DNA of 64,000 bases from assembly GCF_006345805.1 (NCBI RefSeq), contig NW_021833751.1, positions 1 through 64,000 on the forward strand, in the 5' to 3' direction. The position numbers were made by a program, and so were the translations under genes. The notes under the pieces are model-generated. The model saw nothing but the letters and a program-made list of their open reading frames with translations, searched no databases and had not been told where the DNA came from. This stretch comes from Octopus sinensis (lineage: Eukaryota). Shown in pieces: positions 1 through 12,870 of this stretch; within the stretch, counting starts at the first letter, position 1, and each line of letters opens with the position of its first letter.

Positions 1-373
1 AGCGAAGCGATCTTCGTCCCAGAGCTCGCAAGATCGGGCCTCTGTAGTGGGGGAACGTCCGAAACGTGGTCCTTTGCTATTCGTAAGAGAAAGAAAGGTC
101 AACCCTCAACACCGAGAGCATCGACGGATGGATGAATGCGCATCCAGGCTCAGCGGTTGCGTAAGAAGTCGGGGACAAGAAACAGGAAGAAAGAGTGAGA
201 GAAAGTTGGAGCGAAAGAGTACAACAGGGGTCGCCACCACCCCCTGCCGGAGCCTCGTGGAGCTTTAGATGTTTTCGCTCAATAAACACACACAACGCCT
301 GGTCTGGGAATCGAAACCGCGATCCTCCGACCGCGAGTCCGCTGCCCTAACCATTGGGCCATTGCGCCTCCAC
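1..373 (-). mobile_element. tRNA-derived SINE, family C (runs off window start)
   Basis: Minus strand begins GGAGGCGCAATGGCCCAATGGTTAGGGCAGCGG...GGTTTCGATTCC (Pol III A/B boxes); collinear with copies at 11774 and 52533. Confidence 0.85.
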
Positions 374-1149
374 TGTGGCTGCTGATGGAATCCATGTTGT
401 TGCCTACCTAACTTTTGGTTACTATTGGTGATATATTTTATTTCATTATTCAGTTATATGCAGCTAATTTATCTAGATTCTGTACGAAATATTTGAATGT
501 TTTCTCTCTTCTATTCGTGTTCTGATTGTTTCTATGATTTTATTCTCTACTTAAAGAATATTACAGTTAGACAACTGTTTGTTTTGTCACAATGGCTAAA
601 TGGATTTTCTATAATACGCGTTATTTCTTTCTGACAAACTATTGTGCCAATGTCTACATTTCTCCACACACACACACACACACACCACTCTCTCTGTCTC
701 TCTATGTCTCTCTCTCTCACACACACATTCATGCATACGCAATAAATTCACGAGAAAGTAAGATTAGACCAGGATTTAAAAATGTGTGTTACTGCTTCTA
801 ATTGAGTGACTTCGTGACTGTGTGTATTTGATTATATATGTATGCATGTATGTATGTATACATATTTGTGAGTGAGCATGTATATATATGTGTGTATGGC
901 GGCAGTATATTAGTATGTGTTAGTGCCAAATTATGTTTTAATTTGCGTTTTAATTTTACGGATCTGTACACTCAATAGCAATTACATACTCTTATACTTA
1001 AATTCACGTGCATACAGTAATAAACGCACGTACGCACACACACACCACACACACACACACACACACAGACACACACACTCTCTCTCTCTCTCTCTCTCTC
1101 TCTATCACACACACACATGCACGCACGCACGCACATCCTCCTTATTTGT

Positions 1150-1830
1150 TCTATTTCGAAAATGAACACCGGTCCATCCTTTAGCTCTTCTTAACGAGGG
1201 TTCACCGACTAACCGAAGAATCGCGACTGCTTTCGCATCTACCATTGATCCGATATGTTCCCATAAACCTTTCTTGTTTATTCTAACAGATGTACATGGC
1301 ATATCCCAAGGATCTACGAAAGTGGAGCATTGGCTTGGATACTAGTGAGCGAAAGCTACAGCATTTCCCCACCTTAATTATTTTCATTAATGTTAAAGGT
1401 AAGTTGAGGTAATCAAAGATATAACTGTGGTGTGTTGGGTTGATCAAGTGCTGTCTCCGTACCCACAGCTCTCTGAGCCTGGTGCCTGAGGGTGATATTG
1501 GTGGATATTGTCGTTTTGCACGTTGAAAATTGTTCCTAATTCGCTGGCTTTTCTCTACACGGTTCTGTGGATATCCAGACTTCATAACAATAACGTGACA
1601 CGTGCTTGAAGAATTCCATTGAGAGGTCTACCCTTGTTGGCCGCACTTATAGAAGCATATACAACTTGGCATTGATCTTTCGCGAATAAAGCAGAAGGGA
1701 ATCATGGCTGAATATGGGGTTTGTGAAATCACGGGTGATAGGTGGGGGCCAGTTGGGTCCAGTGTTAAAAGAAATCTTAGAAGGAATTGCTAGGGCCTAT
1801 ACCGATGATGCTGTCAGGATTCAATCTTTA
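1150..1830 (-). mobile_element. Highly decayed Penelope-like element fragment (RT thumb/linker to GIY-YIG)
   Basis: Minus-strand pieces in PLE-like order across frames: ITRDFTNP..LLY, MKSGYPQNRV, RINGRCES, LVGEPSLRR; many stops and frameshifts. Confidence 0.3.
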
Positions 1831-1861
1831 TACTTGACCTCTATCACACACACACACAACA

Positions 1862-1900
<39 letters not shown>

Positions 1901-2089
1901 AACACAACACACACACTTGCTCATACACATATGTTCATGAGCTGTATATGCGTTTGACTGCTTGTCTATGTGATTGTGTGCGACATACATATACATAGAC
2001 ATTCATTCGTTCTCATTCAATACTAAATATTTAAGCAATAAAAGTTTGTAAATAAATTACAGTTAATCGATTTAATATGAAAAGGGAAA

Positions 2090-2126
2090 AATACAACGTT
2101 TCGGGTATTTGCCCTTCATCAGAGAC
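2090..2126 (-). ncRNA. Minimal type-I hammerhead-like motif (core intact, stem I weak)
   Basis: CUGAUGA-A-GGG(CAAAUA)CCC-GAAA-C-GUU on minus strand, in a TA-associated short element. Confidence 0.5.
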
Positions 2127-2347
2127 AATGAATATAGAAAAATCAGATAAAACCAACTACGACAATTTCCGTTCTCATGTGATATAGTACAACTATTGCA
2201 GTGAAATACTGACCACACATATATGAGTATATGAGTATATATATATATACTCAAAATTTAGATTCAGATGAATATGGTACTTTGTGATGTTGGCAAATGA
2301 AATAAGTATAAGAATGTGCATTGTCCGTTTACTTAAAAAATTCTATA

Positions 2348-2435
2348 TGTGGCTGAAGATTGCACGACGTTTTACAACTGATGTAATACTTACAGTGTTT
2401 AATGAAATGAAGTAGCATGAACCAATTGTACTACA
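2348..2435 (+). ncRNA. Decayed hammerhead with long domain II
   Basis: Stem I UGUGG/CUACA, CUGAAGA at 2353, GAAC (A15.1 to C), palindromic CAAUUG stem III, GUA triplet; 3' half shared with 22730-22800. Confidence 0.45.
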
Positions 2436-2465
2436 CTACCTTGGATATCCTTGTTGCTTATTTGG

Positions 2466-2517
<52 letters not shown>

Positions 2518-2519
<2 letters not shown>

Positions 2520-2896
2520 CGCATGAGTGGCTGTGTGGTAAGTAGCTGTTTACCAACCACATGGTTCCGAGTTCAGTCCCACTGTCTTCTACTATAGCCT
2601 CGGGCCGACCAAAACCTTGTGAGGGGATTTGGTAGACGGAAACTGAAAGAAGCCTGCCGTATATATGTATATATGTGTGCGTGTATGTTTGTGTGTCTGT
2701 GTTTGTCCCCCTAGCATTGATTGATAACCGATGCTGGTGTGTTTATATCCCCGTCAGTTAGCGGTTCGGCAAAAGAGACCGATAGATAAGTACCGGGCTT
2801 ACAAAGAATAAGTCCCGGGGTCGAGTTGCTCGACTAAAGGCGGTGCTCCAGCATGGCCGCAGTCAAATGACTGAAACAAGTAAAAGAGTAAAAGAG
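2518..2896 (+). mobile_element. tRNA-derived SINE, family A
   Basis: TGGCTGTGTGGTAAG A box, AGTTCAGTCCC B-box-like, internal (TA/TG)n, ...AAAAGAG tail; matches 9921 copy. Confidence 0.9.
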
Positions 2897-2899
2897 TAT

Positions 2900-3110
2900 A
2901 TAGTCAATTCAAATAAACAATCATTTCGAATAAACGAATAATAAAATTAAGAGACAAGAGGAATTGCTCAAGGGATTAGTTTGACGCTCGGTGAAAGGAG
3001 AGAATTTGACATTTTGAGCATAGCTCTTCGTCGGAAAGGAGAAAGGGAAAAGTCCAAAGGAAGGAAAAGAAATCGTCAACAACACGTGTGTAGTTATATT
3101 GCTGAAGTAT
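2900..3110 (-). mobile_element. Short pyrimidine-rich element with decayed minimal hammerhead (3005-3038)
   Basis: CCGACGA-A-GAGC(UAU)GCUC-AAAAU-GUC; same family as 22940 and 29690 elements. Confidence 0.6.
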
Positions 3111-3374
3111 AAATATATATAACGGTACTAACTATGATGCAAAATACTAACTAACTCACATATACCTGCTCCACTAGATACTGCAACACATTGTCCTCAA
3201 TCACGCTTAGAAACAAGTTTTATTCTTACAAAACCTCCATCCACGTACCCGAAATAATTCGAATTCTCTGAAGACTGAGGCTGTACTGGCCAAAATGAAT
3301 TGTCAGTTTGATATTTGTAAAACTTGTGCAATGTTTATCAAGGAACTGGGTGATATTTAAAAGCATTTCGATTA

Positions 3375-3594
3375 CTCTTTTACTCTTTTACTTGTTTCAG
3401 TCATTTGACTGCGGCCATGCTGGAGCACCGCCTTTAGTCGATCAAATCGACCCCGGGACTTATTCTTTGTAAGCCCAGTACTTATTCTATCGGTCTCCTT
3501 TGCCGAACCACTAAGTGACGAGGACGTTAACACACCAGCATAGGTTGTCAAGCAATGCTAGGGAAACAAACACAGACACACAAACACATACACG

Positions 3595-3626
<32 letters not shown>

Positions 3627-3795
3627 TATATACGACGGGCTTCTTTCAGTTTCCGTCTACCAAATCCACTCACAAGGCATTGGTCGGCCCGGGGCTATAG
3701 CAGAAGACACTTGCCCAAGATGCCACGCAGTGGGACTGAACCCGGGACCATGTGGTTGGTTAGCAAGCTACTTACCACACAGCCACTCCTGCGCC
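3375..3795 (-). mobile_element. tRNA-derived SINE, family A
   Basis: Full-length reverse complement of the 2518/9921 copies. Confidence 0.9.
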
Positions 3796-4215
3796 TACTT
3801 ATATAGCAAGTGTTACGATATTAAAATAATTGAGTTTTTTTAATTACTATTTCATTATTTGTTGTGTTGGTTGGATATTTTCATTGCACAGGGAAGCTGT
3901 ATGCAATGTTTTATTTTGATTACTTTCTCTTTTACATTGACGCCCTCTACAAGTACAGTACTCATTTCGGATCCTGTGCCACTTGATAGAGTACGGGTAT
4001 GATAAAAAAAAAAGGGTTCCAGCTAAAGGCTTCCAAAGTTGCTTAATTCAAACACTGGAAAGTAACTTTTGTGAGCTCCAGACAGAAATAACAGTTGGGA
4101 TGGCCATGTAGATGCTGAGTACAATCAGATGATTGTTGGATGGTAAATGGCTAGGGTGAAGTAAGTACACCGATAGGTAGAAACATGCTTAGACACACAA
4201 CGCTATGCACACACA

Positions 4216-4263
<48 letters not shown>

Positions 4264-4409
4264 ACACACACACGCTCACACACATAGGAAGAAAGTTAAA
4301 CAAGCAGTAAAAGCACATAAGTATTTAAACTGAAATGGCAATGGTAATATCGATATATTGATATTAGTAAGTTTAGTAGATGGGTCTGTCTACCTTTCTC
4401 TCTATTTCT

Positions 4410-4436
4410 CTCTCTCTCCCTATCTCTCTCTATCTC

Positions 4437-4511
<75 letters not shown>

Positions 4512-4614
4512 GTTTGTCTGCCTGTCTGCCTGTCTGTCTGTTTGTCTGTCTATCTGTCTATCTATCTACCTATCTCTCTGTTTATCTATCTATCTGTGGT
4601 GTTGTGTGTGTCTG

Positions 4615-4659
<45 letters not shown>

Positions 4660-4671
4660 ATTATCCATATA

Positions 4672-4702
<31 letters not shown>

Positions 4703-4731
4703 ATCTATCTATCTATCTATCTATCTGTCTG

Positions 4732-4773
<42 letters not shown>

Positions 4774-4801
4774 GTCTATCTATCTATCTATCTATCTCCT
4801 T

Positions 4802-4838
<37 letters not shown>

Positions 4839-4850
4839 ACAAACACAGAC
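4410..4850. repeat. Compound microsatellite (TC)n/(TATC)n/(TGTC)n
   Basis: About 440 bp of tetranucleotide repeats; source of the spurious YLSI ORFs. Confidence 0.95.
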
Positions 4851-5987
4851 ACAAATAGAGAGAAACCCGAAATGATAAAGATAGGAGAGACGGAAGTGGT
4901 GGTGGTTGGTGGTGGTGGGGGGGTTGATTCTTCACCAACTACATTTCCTTCAGCATTAGAAATCTTGACACTACAACACTGGTGATACATACAAACATAC
5001 GCACGCGCGCACACACACATATACACACACTTATATTCACACACATACGAACAGGCAATTAGTTTTCATATCACTAGATTATCACACAACCACATCCGTA
5101 CAGAGTCGAACATATATCTTTCTGTATACATGTAACTTTGTGTATGTATGTGTGTGGGCTTTTACCTGTCCATATCTACCTGTAGGCATTAAACACCCCA
5201 AAGGTGTGTTAATTAAGAAACCTTTGAAGTAATGGTCGATGGAAGCCTGGTTCTGTTGTAATTACAAGAATTATCGGAGACATCTGCGAATGACAGAACT
5301 AAAAAATGGATTGGGTAATAGTTTAAAGAGCTACATCTCTTACTGTACACACACAGTTCGACGCCTCTCACTTGCAAAAGCTTCTCAGCCAACAAGGGAG
5401 CGAATAACTGTTAGAAAGTGCAGCTAAATAAGCACCAAATATAACCATGATTTCGAAGTCATTCGTTAAAGTGAACGCTAACATGAAAATAATACGGCGG
5501 ACTTGAGAGGAGATCAAATAATCTAAGCATATGAAATTATATGAAGATGTGTTAGTGACTTCGTTAGTTTAGAAATAAAGGTTCTGAGATCGATTCTAGA
5601 TCGCATTTTTATACGCATTCACGAACTTAAAGTCTTGTTTAGAGAACCAGGAAACGAAACTGAACGAAACGTAAAATATTTGAAATTAATATTTTATCAC
5701 CAAATGAGGTTAGCAGTTCAAATCTGATATCAGAAACATGTATATATAGATTAATAGATACACACACACACACACATACACGAACGCATGCACACACACA
5801 GATATATATAATTATACACATATACATACAACATAATACGTACAACATCATACATACATACATACATACATACCTACATTCATACATACATACAAACATA
5901 CATACATACATAACAGACATACATACATACATACATACATACATACATACAACATACATACACACATACACACACAAACACACACAC

Positions 5988-6018
<31 letters not shown>

Positions 6019-6019
6019 A

Positions 6020-6095
6020 GATTGATCAGCCGAAATTGCGAGGATGATCCGGTTCTTGACTGAAGATTAGAGGCTTCGAATGAACCGTACGTATA
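6020..6095 (+). mobile_element. TA-flanked short repeat, family F
   Basis: GAGGATGATCCGGTTCTTGACTGAAGATT..GGCTTCGAA core recurs at about 7200 (-), 46260 (-), 54690 (+), always beside (TA)n. Confidence 0.75.
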
Positions 6096-6100
6096 CATAT

Positions 6101-6259
6101 ATACGACACGCTTCTTTCAGTTTCCGTCTGCCAAATCCACTCACAAGGTTTTGGTCGGCCCGAGGCTATAGTAGAAGACACTTGCTCAAGGTGCCACGCA
6201 GTGGGACTGAACCCGGAACCATGTGGTTGGTAAGCAAGCTACTTACCACACAGCCACTC
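6101..6259 (-). mobile_element. SINE family A, 5' half
   Basis: Reverse complement of family A head and core, ending at the internal (TA)n. Confidence 0.85.
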
Positions 6260-6339
6260 ATATATATATATATAAACAGATCAGAGACAGAAATAGAGTG
6301 GAATTGACGAGATTCTTTATTCAAATCCAGGACAGTTGC

Positions 6340-6530
6340 ATCGCTCCATTCCACATCTGTAAACTCATAGGAGAGAATTACCGTTACATCTAATTTTCGC
6401 TTGCTGAGAGGAGTGGAGCAATGAGAGATAAAGTGTCTTGCTTAAGGACACAATGTTCTGTTGGAAATTAAACTCATGACCTTACGATCGCGACCCGAAT
6501 ACTTTGACCACATAACCACGCGCCTTCAAG
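6340..6530 (-). mobile_element. Diverged tRNA-derived SINE
   Basis: Minus-strand head GGCGCGTGGTTATGTGG...GAGTTTAATTTCC followed by GTGTCCTTAAGCAAGACACTT core. Confidence 0.55.
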
Positions 6531-6690
6531 CATGTTAGCACGCACATACACACACGTATATATATACACACACACATATGTATATATGTGGTGTGTATGT
6601 AGGTTCATGCATATGTGTATAGGCGCAGGCGTGACTGTGGTAAGAAGCATTGTCGGTAGATTTGGTAGACGGAAACTAAAAGAAGCCTGT

Positions 6691-6724
<34 letters not shown>

Positions 6725-6737
<13 letters not shown>

Positions 6738-7107
6738 AACGGCAGTTTGTCTGTGTGTGTTTCTGTGTGTCTGTTTGCTTGTACCCTCACCCTGACTACG
6801 GCTTTCAACCGATTCTGATGAAACTTGACACACACATAGCCCAATGTCATAATTCAAAACTAACGCAGCGAAAATTTTGAAAAGTTCCCCCAGTTCTGAA
6901 AAAAATCGATAAATTCGACATGGGGTCGAGAATCAGAAACACAAACCACAAACTGTCTAAAGGACGCAACTCCACCTTTTTAACTCTCAAACAAAAATTT
7001 ACCATAATTTTTTTCCATCTTTTTGCTATTTTTTTACTATAACTCTCTAAAAATGCTTTATAGTTATTTCCCTTACAAACCTGAGCAACGCCGGGCGATA
7101 CTGCTAG
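6725..7107 (+). mobile_element. Non-autonomous Helitron-type element
   Basis: 5' TATAAACGGC..(CTGT/GT)n; 3' hairpin CCTGAGCAACGCCGGG then CTAG|T; 3' part shared with 19922-20296. Confidence 0.75.
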
Positions 7108-7108
7108 T

Positions 7109-7139
<31 letters not shown>

Positions 7140-7140
<1 letters not shown>

Positions 7141-7258
7141 AATACAAAATGGGACAAGAGCGCAAAACATCCAATAAACGATACAAAAACCACGAACGTG
7201 TCAGTCGAAGCCTTTAATCTTCAGTCAAGAACCGGATCATCCTCGCAATTCCGCTGAC
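7140..7258 (-). mobile_element. TA-flanked short repeat, family F
   Basis: Reverse complement of 54680-54800; (TA)n on both sides. Confidence 0.75.
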
Positions 7259-7271
7259 ATATATACATATA

Positions 7272-7325
<54 letters not shown>

Positions 7326-7339
7326 TACATACTGTGTGT

Positions 7340-7535
7340 GTATGCGTGTGTGCGTTTTTGTCTGTGTTGTCCTCGCCGTCACCGCTTGACGAGCGGTTCG
7401 TCAAAAGAGATCGATAGGATATATACTAGGCTTACAAAATAAATCCTGAGGTCGACTTGTTCGACTAAAACCCTTTAAGGCGGTGCTCCAGCATAGCCGC
7501 ATTCAAAATTATTGAAACTTGTAAAAGAATAAAAG
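7340..7535 (+). mobile_element. SINE family A, 3' half
   Basis: Matches family A 3' segment (CGCTTGAC...GGCGGTGCTCCAGCAT...AAAAGAAT). Confidence 0.75.
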
Positions 7536-7934
7536 AATGCATGTTCCATCAGTTATTTCCGAAATTCCAAGATGTTGATAAAAAAAGTGTTAAAATAAGT
7601 GAAATCTGAAATTTGAAATTGCAAACGTCGTAACTAATTAGCAAAAGACAGCACCAATTATGACTAATAAGTAAATATAAGCTCATTATAATAATTATAA
7701 TGATTTCCTCATTTGTGTGTTTGTTTTAGACTTATTCGATAATTCTAATAAAATAGACAGAAATTGAATTATTCTGTAACAACAGGTTAGTTTTAACTGT
7801 AGTGGAGGAAGAATATTATTAATTATCTGAAAGTCTAGAAATGTTTCTCCCTTTCCTCCTTCTCTCATCGAGACTGGCCCACGGTGGGAGTTATGACGCA
7901 ATGTTCATTCGAAACTTTGATTCTTTTAGTTTAC

Positions 7935-7986
7935 CTGTCGAAATGATGGGCACATGAGTCTACCTTGCCAATCAGTTCTTCCCAGT
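7935..7986 (-). CDS. Candidate 52-nt internal exon of an unidentified minus-strand gene (DWEELIGKVDSCAHHFD)
   Basis: Pyrimidine tract CCCCCTCTCTCGTCCCAATGCAG| acceptor, CAG|GTAAAC donor, one open frame; non-repetitive; no homolog recognised. Confidence 0.35.
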
Positions 7987-8806
7987 CTGCATTGGGACGA
8001 GAGAGGGGGTGGTAAATGATTTAGATAGGTAGGAAGGTGGTTAGGTGGATAGCTGTAGTGTTTTTTGGATAGGTGGGTAGAGGGCAGGCTTGGTTGATAT
8101 AGGGGTAGATTGGCAAGTAGGTGTGTAAATGTAGAGATGGGCAGGTGGCTGGTTGGCAGGGAAGTTAGAGGAATTGAGAGTTATGAAGAGAGATGTAAGT
8201 GGATTATCAGATAGATGGGTGGGTGGGGGAAGAGATGGGTAGCTAAGTAGAAATTTTATTTGATGACCAGATGTATTATTAAATATACCTCGGCCAGGAC
8301 CATCACGTCCTTGTATAGATAGGAAAAAGTACTTGCTCTAATATATCCTAATTCAAGACAGCAAGACGTATTTTGATGGGGTTTGACTGCTATTTCTAGC
8401 AGGCTGTGTAACAACAACAATAACAATGGTATAATCACACATCACACGGTCCATTAGACAATGACAGGTGTTCGATTCCCTGCAAACTGATTGTCCAAAC
8501 TATGTACGACATCAAATTGAACTTTTGCAATTAAGAGAAACTGCTAGAATTACGTTTGTGATGTTCTGCTTGTGTTGTGTCAGCGGAAATGCGTTTGGTG
8601 TGTGGAACTAAAGGTGTTCAGCAGTAACAACCCCGTCTGTCATTTGTGACAAATATATAATATAATGACTAAAAGTATTTAAATGATAAAGCAAGAACTG
8701 AATTATATTAATGCAGAATACCAAATTTGTCTTTCTGGTACAAAATAAACAGCAACAACAACAACAAATAATAATAATGATGATAATAATAATAATAATA
8801 ATAATA

Positions 8807-8845
<39 letters not shown>

Positions 8846-8846
<1 letters not shown>

Positions 8847-9390
8847 TGTACCAGACAGTGGCTCTCATGGCTTTTAATCTTAACTGATTGGAAGTGTTAT
8901 CATGCACATTGTTTTGTCTTCGTATAAAAGATGGCCTACAGCAAATATTCTGCTCAATACCACAAATTTGCTTGTCAGTTGTTTGACCTTAACCAGTTGT
9001 GCATGTCCCTTAGTGGCTGAAGATATGTGCATCTCTGATCACAAGCAGAAGTAGTGGGGGAGCATCATAGCCATGTGTTGAGAGGGATTCTTTGGGGTTT
9101 GAATAATTCACTTCTGGAAACATGGGTGTTTCGTTCAACATCCTTAAACAACCTTTATTCAGGGACCTTTTGAGCGGGATGGGTTACTTGACCAGAAGAA
9201 AATTCTAACTGGGCCTCACCTGCAAGGTCATGTGCTGTTTATCTTGATATGAGATCACCATGTCGCGTACATATGGTTGTGATGCATGTGCCTGGTGTAC
9301 CCTTATCAGACGGGTAGTCATGATGGGTATACTGGGCTTCGTATATTTTACTCCAGTGTCACTTTGATGGCATGAACTGCGCTCTCACTC
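8846..9390 (+). mobile_element. About 550-bp non-coding interspersed element, family D, in (TAA)n
   Basis: Homologous to 18479-18905 and 21364-21836; (TAA)n on both sides; no Pol III boxes seen. Confidence 0.85.
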
Positions 9391-9404
9391 AATAATAATA
9401 ATAA

Positions 9405-9900
9405 TGAACAACGTTATTAGGGACAGCTAGGATACTTAGGAGGGATCTTGACATCTAAGGTTACTTGTAGTCCGATGTTAGAAATTTTTCTTTCCCAATA
9501 GGCTAATATGTTGTGTGTATATGAATAACCACAACAACTATAAGTAGAGTGATTTGTGGATGATAAGTTACGTAGGTAGATGGCTAGGTAGATCGCTGGT
9601 TGACTTGGAAATAAACAGAATGTGTGGATATGGGAGCTAAGTACTATTTTGTACGCGAATGCAGCATCTAACACAAAAAGGAGTGTAAGCCGTAGGAAAA
9701 GTTTGTTGGGGTGTTAGCCAGGTTTATTGATTTGAAATAGCAGTCAGGGATGTTGACTGTTGAAATAATACGAAGAATAGTATTGAAGAGGAAAAGAAAA
9801 AAGAAGGGTATCAGAGCAAGATGATGGACTTTGCAAAACCATTCTCTAATAGATATCAAAGAAAGAAAAATTGAGAAATATCAAGGCGTAACCAAAGAAA
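9405..9900 (+). mobile_element. Decayed RTE-like RT C-terminal fragment
   Basis: GYLGGILTSKVTC (cf. F.YLG..IT) and TILYA (cf. VLLYG) peptides among stops. Confidence 0.3.
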
Positions 9901-9920
9901 TGAAGAAATCGTGGAAGATT

Positions 9921-10074
9921 AGTGGCTGCGTGGTAAGTAGCTTGCTTATCAACCACATGGTTCCGGGTTCAGTCCCACTGCGTGGCAATTTGGGCAAGTG
10001 TCTTCTACTATAGCCTCGGGCCGACCAAAGCCTTGTGAGTGGATTTGGTAGACGGAAGCTGAAAGAAGCCCGTC

Positions 10075-10160
<86 letters not shown>

Positions 10161-10410
10161 TGTGTGTGTGTGTGTATGTGTGTGTGTGTTTGTGTGTGTG
10201 TGTCTGTGTTTGTCCCCCATCATCGCTTGACAACCGATGCTGGTGTGTTTACGTCCGCGTAACATAACGGTTCGACAAAAGAGTCCAATAGAATAAGTAC
10301 TAGGCTTACAAAAATTAAGTCCTGGGGTCGATTTGCTTGACTAAAGGTGATGCTCCAGCATGGCCGCAGTCAAATGACTGAAACAAGTAGAAGAGTAAAA
10401 GAGTAAAGAG
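9921..10410 (+). mobile_element. tRNA-derived SINE, family A (full length)
   Basis: GTGGCTGCGTGGTAAG...GGTTCAGTCCC head, expanded internal (TA)n/(TG)n, AAAAGAG tail. Confidence 0.9.
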
Positions 10411-10439
10411 TATACAGAGTATGTGGTAATTGTTGCACT

Positions 10440-10820
10440 TGGCATAACATGACGTCTGCTACTCAAGAAGCTGAAGGATATAGGAATTGCGATACTGCCA
10501 ACTAGGCCAAGTCCACCTTGATCACATCAAATCCTAGATCACTTCTCGTTATTTGTGTGCTGTCATCTGAACAAAATGATTTACAAATACTAGAGATCAG
10601 TGTCCCTTGCAATGTATCAGATTATTGCCCTTATTTCACCCTTGTGTCTACTAAAGTTCACGATTACGAATACAGGTTTCGCGCACAATCTCTGCCCATG
10701 CCTGGCTTCTTGGTTTTAAAACGTGGCAAATGAATTCATGGGATTTGCTCTTCTCTTTCTAGAAGATGCTAGCCCAGAAAACTTCCAAAGCTCCCCTTAA
10801 GTGGTATCTTCAGGGTAGAG
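10440..10820 (+). mobile_element. Decayed CR1/L2-like RT fragment
   Basis: LLKKLKDIGI peptide resembles the LLxKLxxxGI RT motif; remainder disrupted. Confidence 0.3.
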
Positions 10821-10824
10821 ATAG

Positions 10825-10907
<83 letters not shown>

Positions 10908-11773
10908 CTCCCTTATAAGACTAATGGAAGTCAGTGCTCATTTTCGTATTTTAATATATTTGGCCGAGAAGATATAGTTCTTATGAATACAATTTTTGCC
11001 ACTGGTCCATTGTGGACTGTGCTTTGTTCCGATTAAAAGATTCGACGTGGGTGGTCATGGAGAGTCCTCATTGAGTGAAACAGCCGTCATGTGTGCACTT
11101 TTTCGCTTGGAGACGTCAGTGTATGAGTGTTGATGTTGTTCTTGTTATTGCTGTCGTCTTACGAATTCTCAGAATCACTTAATAATCTAGGTTTTCTTTT
11201 TCTTCTGATAACACAATGTCTTCCTTTTCCAGTCGTGCGTGTATTGTTGCAAAAGTGGTCTGTTTGGAACTCTCTGCTTGGCATTGGCATAATTGTTTGG
11301 TTTAAAAAAGATAAAAACAACTTTTCCCTTTGATAGGAATTGCCTTGCAGATTGGTCACCAATCCCAATGTAGTCGAACTAATCACAGAACAAAATGTTG
11401 GGATAAATTTGAAGTAATTTTTTTTTACGAAAACACATGTAAAAACATTCGTCTTGCGAAAACAGTTAAACAACAAAAACACAAAAAATATTAATCCATT
11501 TTTTTTTTTTTTGTAAAGCAGAAGGAGTTAATATCGAACGAGACAGAAAAAGTTAATATCCAAACAACTTCAAGTCGAAGAAATAAGATGTTTGTAAAAT
11601 TTTCTTTTAAATAAAAAATAATAATAATAATCAAACTGATTGTCATTGTATACAAGTTTACACGTGTAAAATATTAACCAATATTTGAACGTTTGGGAAA
11701 ACAGTTTTCTATAAATCAATAAAGAGAGCGAACGAATAGCACGTTCACTCAGGCCAAACACAACAACAACAAT

Positions 11774-12128
11774 AATGGAGGCGCAATGGCCCAGTGGTTA
11801 GGGCAGCGGACTCGCGGTCGGAGGATTGCGGTTTCGATTCCCAGACCTGGCGTTGTGTGTGTTTATTGAGCGAAAACACCTAAAGCTCTACGAGGCTCCG
11901 GCAGGGGGTGGTGGCGACCCCTGTTGTACTCTTTCGCTCCAACTTTCTCTCACTCTTTCTTCCTGTTTCTTGTCCCCGACTTCCTACGCAACCGCTGAGC
12001 CTGGATGCGCATTCATCCATCCGTCGATGCTCTCGGTGTTGGGGGTTGACCTGCTTTCTCGTCTGCGGGTCTTACGAATAGCAAAGGACCACGTTTCGGA
12101 CTTCTCCCAAGAGGACGAAGACCGTTCG
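11774..12128 (+). mobile_element. tRNA-derived SINE, family C
   Basis: GGAGGCGCAATGGCCCAGTGG A box, GGTTTCGATTCC B box; matches 1-373 and 52533. Confidence 0.9.
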
Positions 12129-12409
12129 CTCAACAGCAACAGCCACAACAATAATGGTTTCAACTTTTAGTACAAGGCCAGCTATTTAAAGGAGGGGGAG
12201 TTACACGATTACATCGGCTCCAGTATGTGACTGGTGCTATATTTCTTCGACTCCGATTGAACATAAAGCAAAGTTGATCTCGGTTTTCTTCCGTTAAGGG
12301 TCGACCAACTTCGACCCTTAAAAATTTCTGGTCTTGACACTAAAATAGAAACCTATAATAATGATTTTAATAGTTTTAAATTTTGGCACAAGGCCAGCAA
12401 TTTTTACGA

Positions 12410-12805
12410 AGAGAGCTTCAACTGCTACTTATTTTATTGATCCCGAAAGAATGAACGGCTAAGTCGACCTTGGCTGAATTTGAAATCAAAACGTAAAGAC
12501 TGAAGCATTTCGTCCTGCGTGCTAACGATTCTGCCAGCTCGCCACCTTAAATGTAATAATAATAATAATAATAATAATAATAGTAATAATAATAATAATA
12601 ATTCTTTCTACTATAGGCACAAGGCCTGAAATTTTGGGGCCGGGACTAGTCAATTACATCGATCCCAGTGTCTCAATGGTACTTAATTTATGAAACAATG
12701 AAAGGCAAAGTCGACCTCAGCGGAATTTGAACTCAGAATGTAAAGACAGACGAAATGCTGCCAAGCATTTTGCCCGGCGTGCAAAAGATTCTGCCAGGTC
12801 ACCAT
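12410..12805 (-). mobile_element. Two tandem family B SINE copies (12410-12548, 12603-12805) separated by (TAA)n
   Basis: Reverse complement of GGCGAGCTGGCAGAA..GAGTTCAAATTCCGCCGAGGTCGAC core; 12603 copy ends in an (ATT)n tail on its own strand. Confidence 0.85.
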
Positions 12806-12806
12806 C

Positions 12807-12854
<48 letters not shown>

Positions 12855-12870
12855 TAATAATAATAATGAT

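Noticed and set aside
47-295. ORFs MGERPKRG.. and MCVFIERK.., repeated at 11826 and 52317
   Set aside because: Chance frames inside SINE family C.
1490-1830. Plus-strand CR1-like RT reading (VDIVVL, LGPVL, AYTDD)
   Set aside because: Motif spacing is poor; a minus-strand PLE reading fits somewhat better. Neither is secure.
4358-4985. 166- and 201-aa ORFs (YLSI repeats)
   Set aside because: Translations of (TATC)n. The same applies to ORFs at 5639, 26792, 27708, 30196, 54260 and other microsatellites.
11790-11845. tRNA gene calls at SINE heads
   Set aside because: A/B boxes present but no complete cloverleaf; they continue into SINE bodies.
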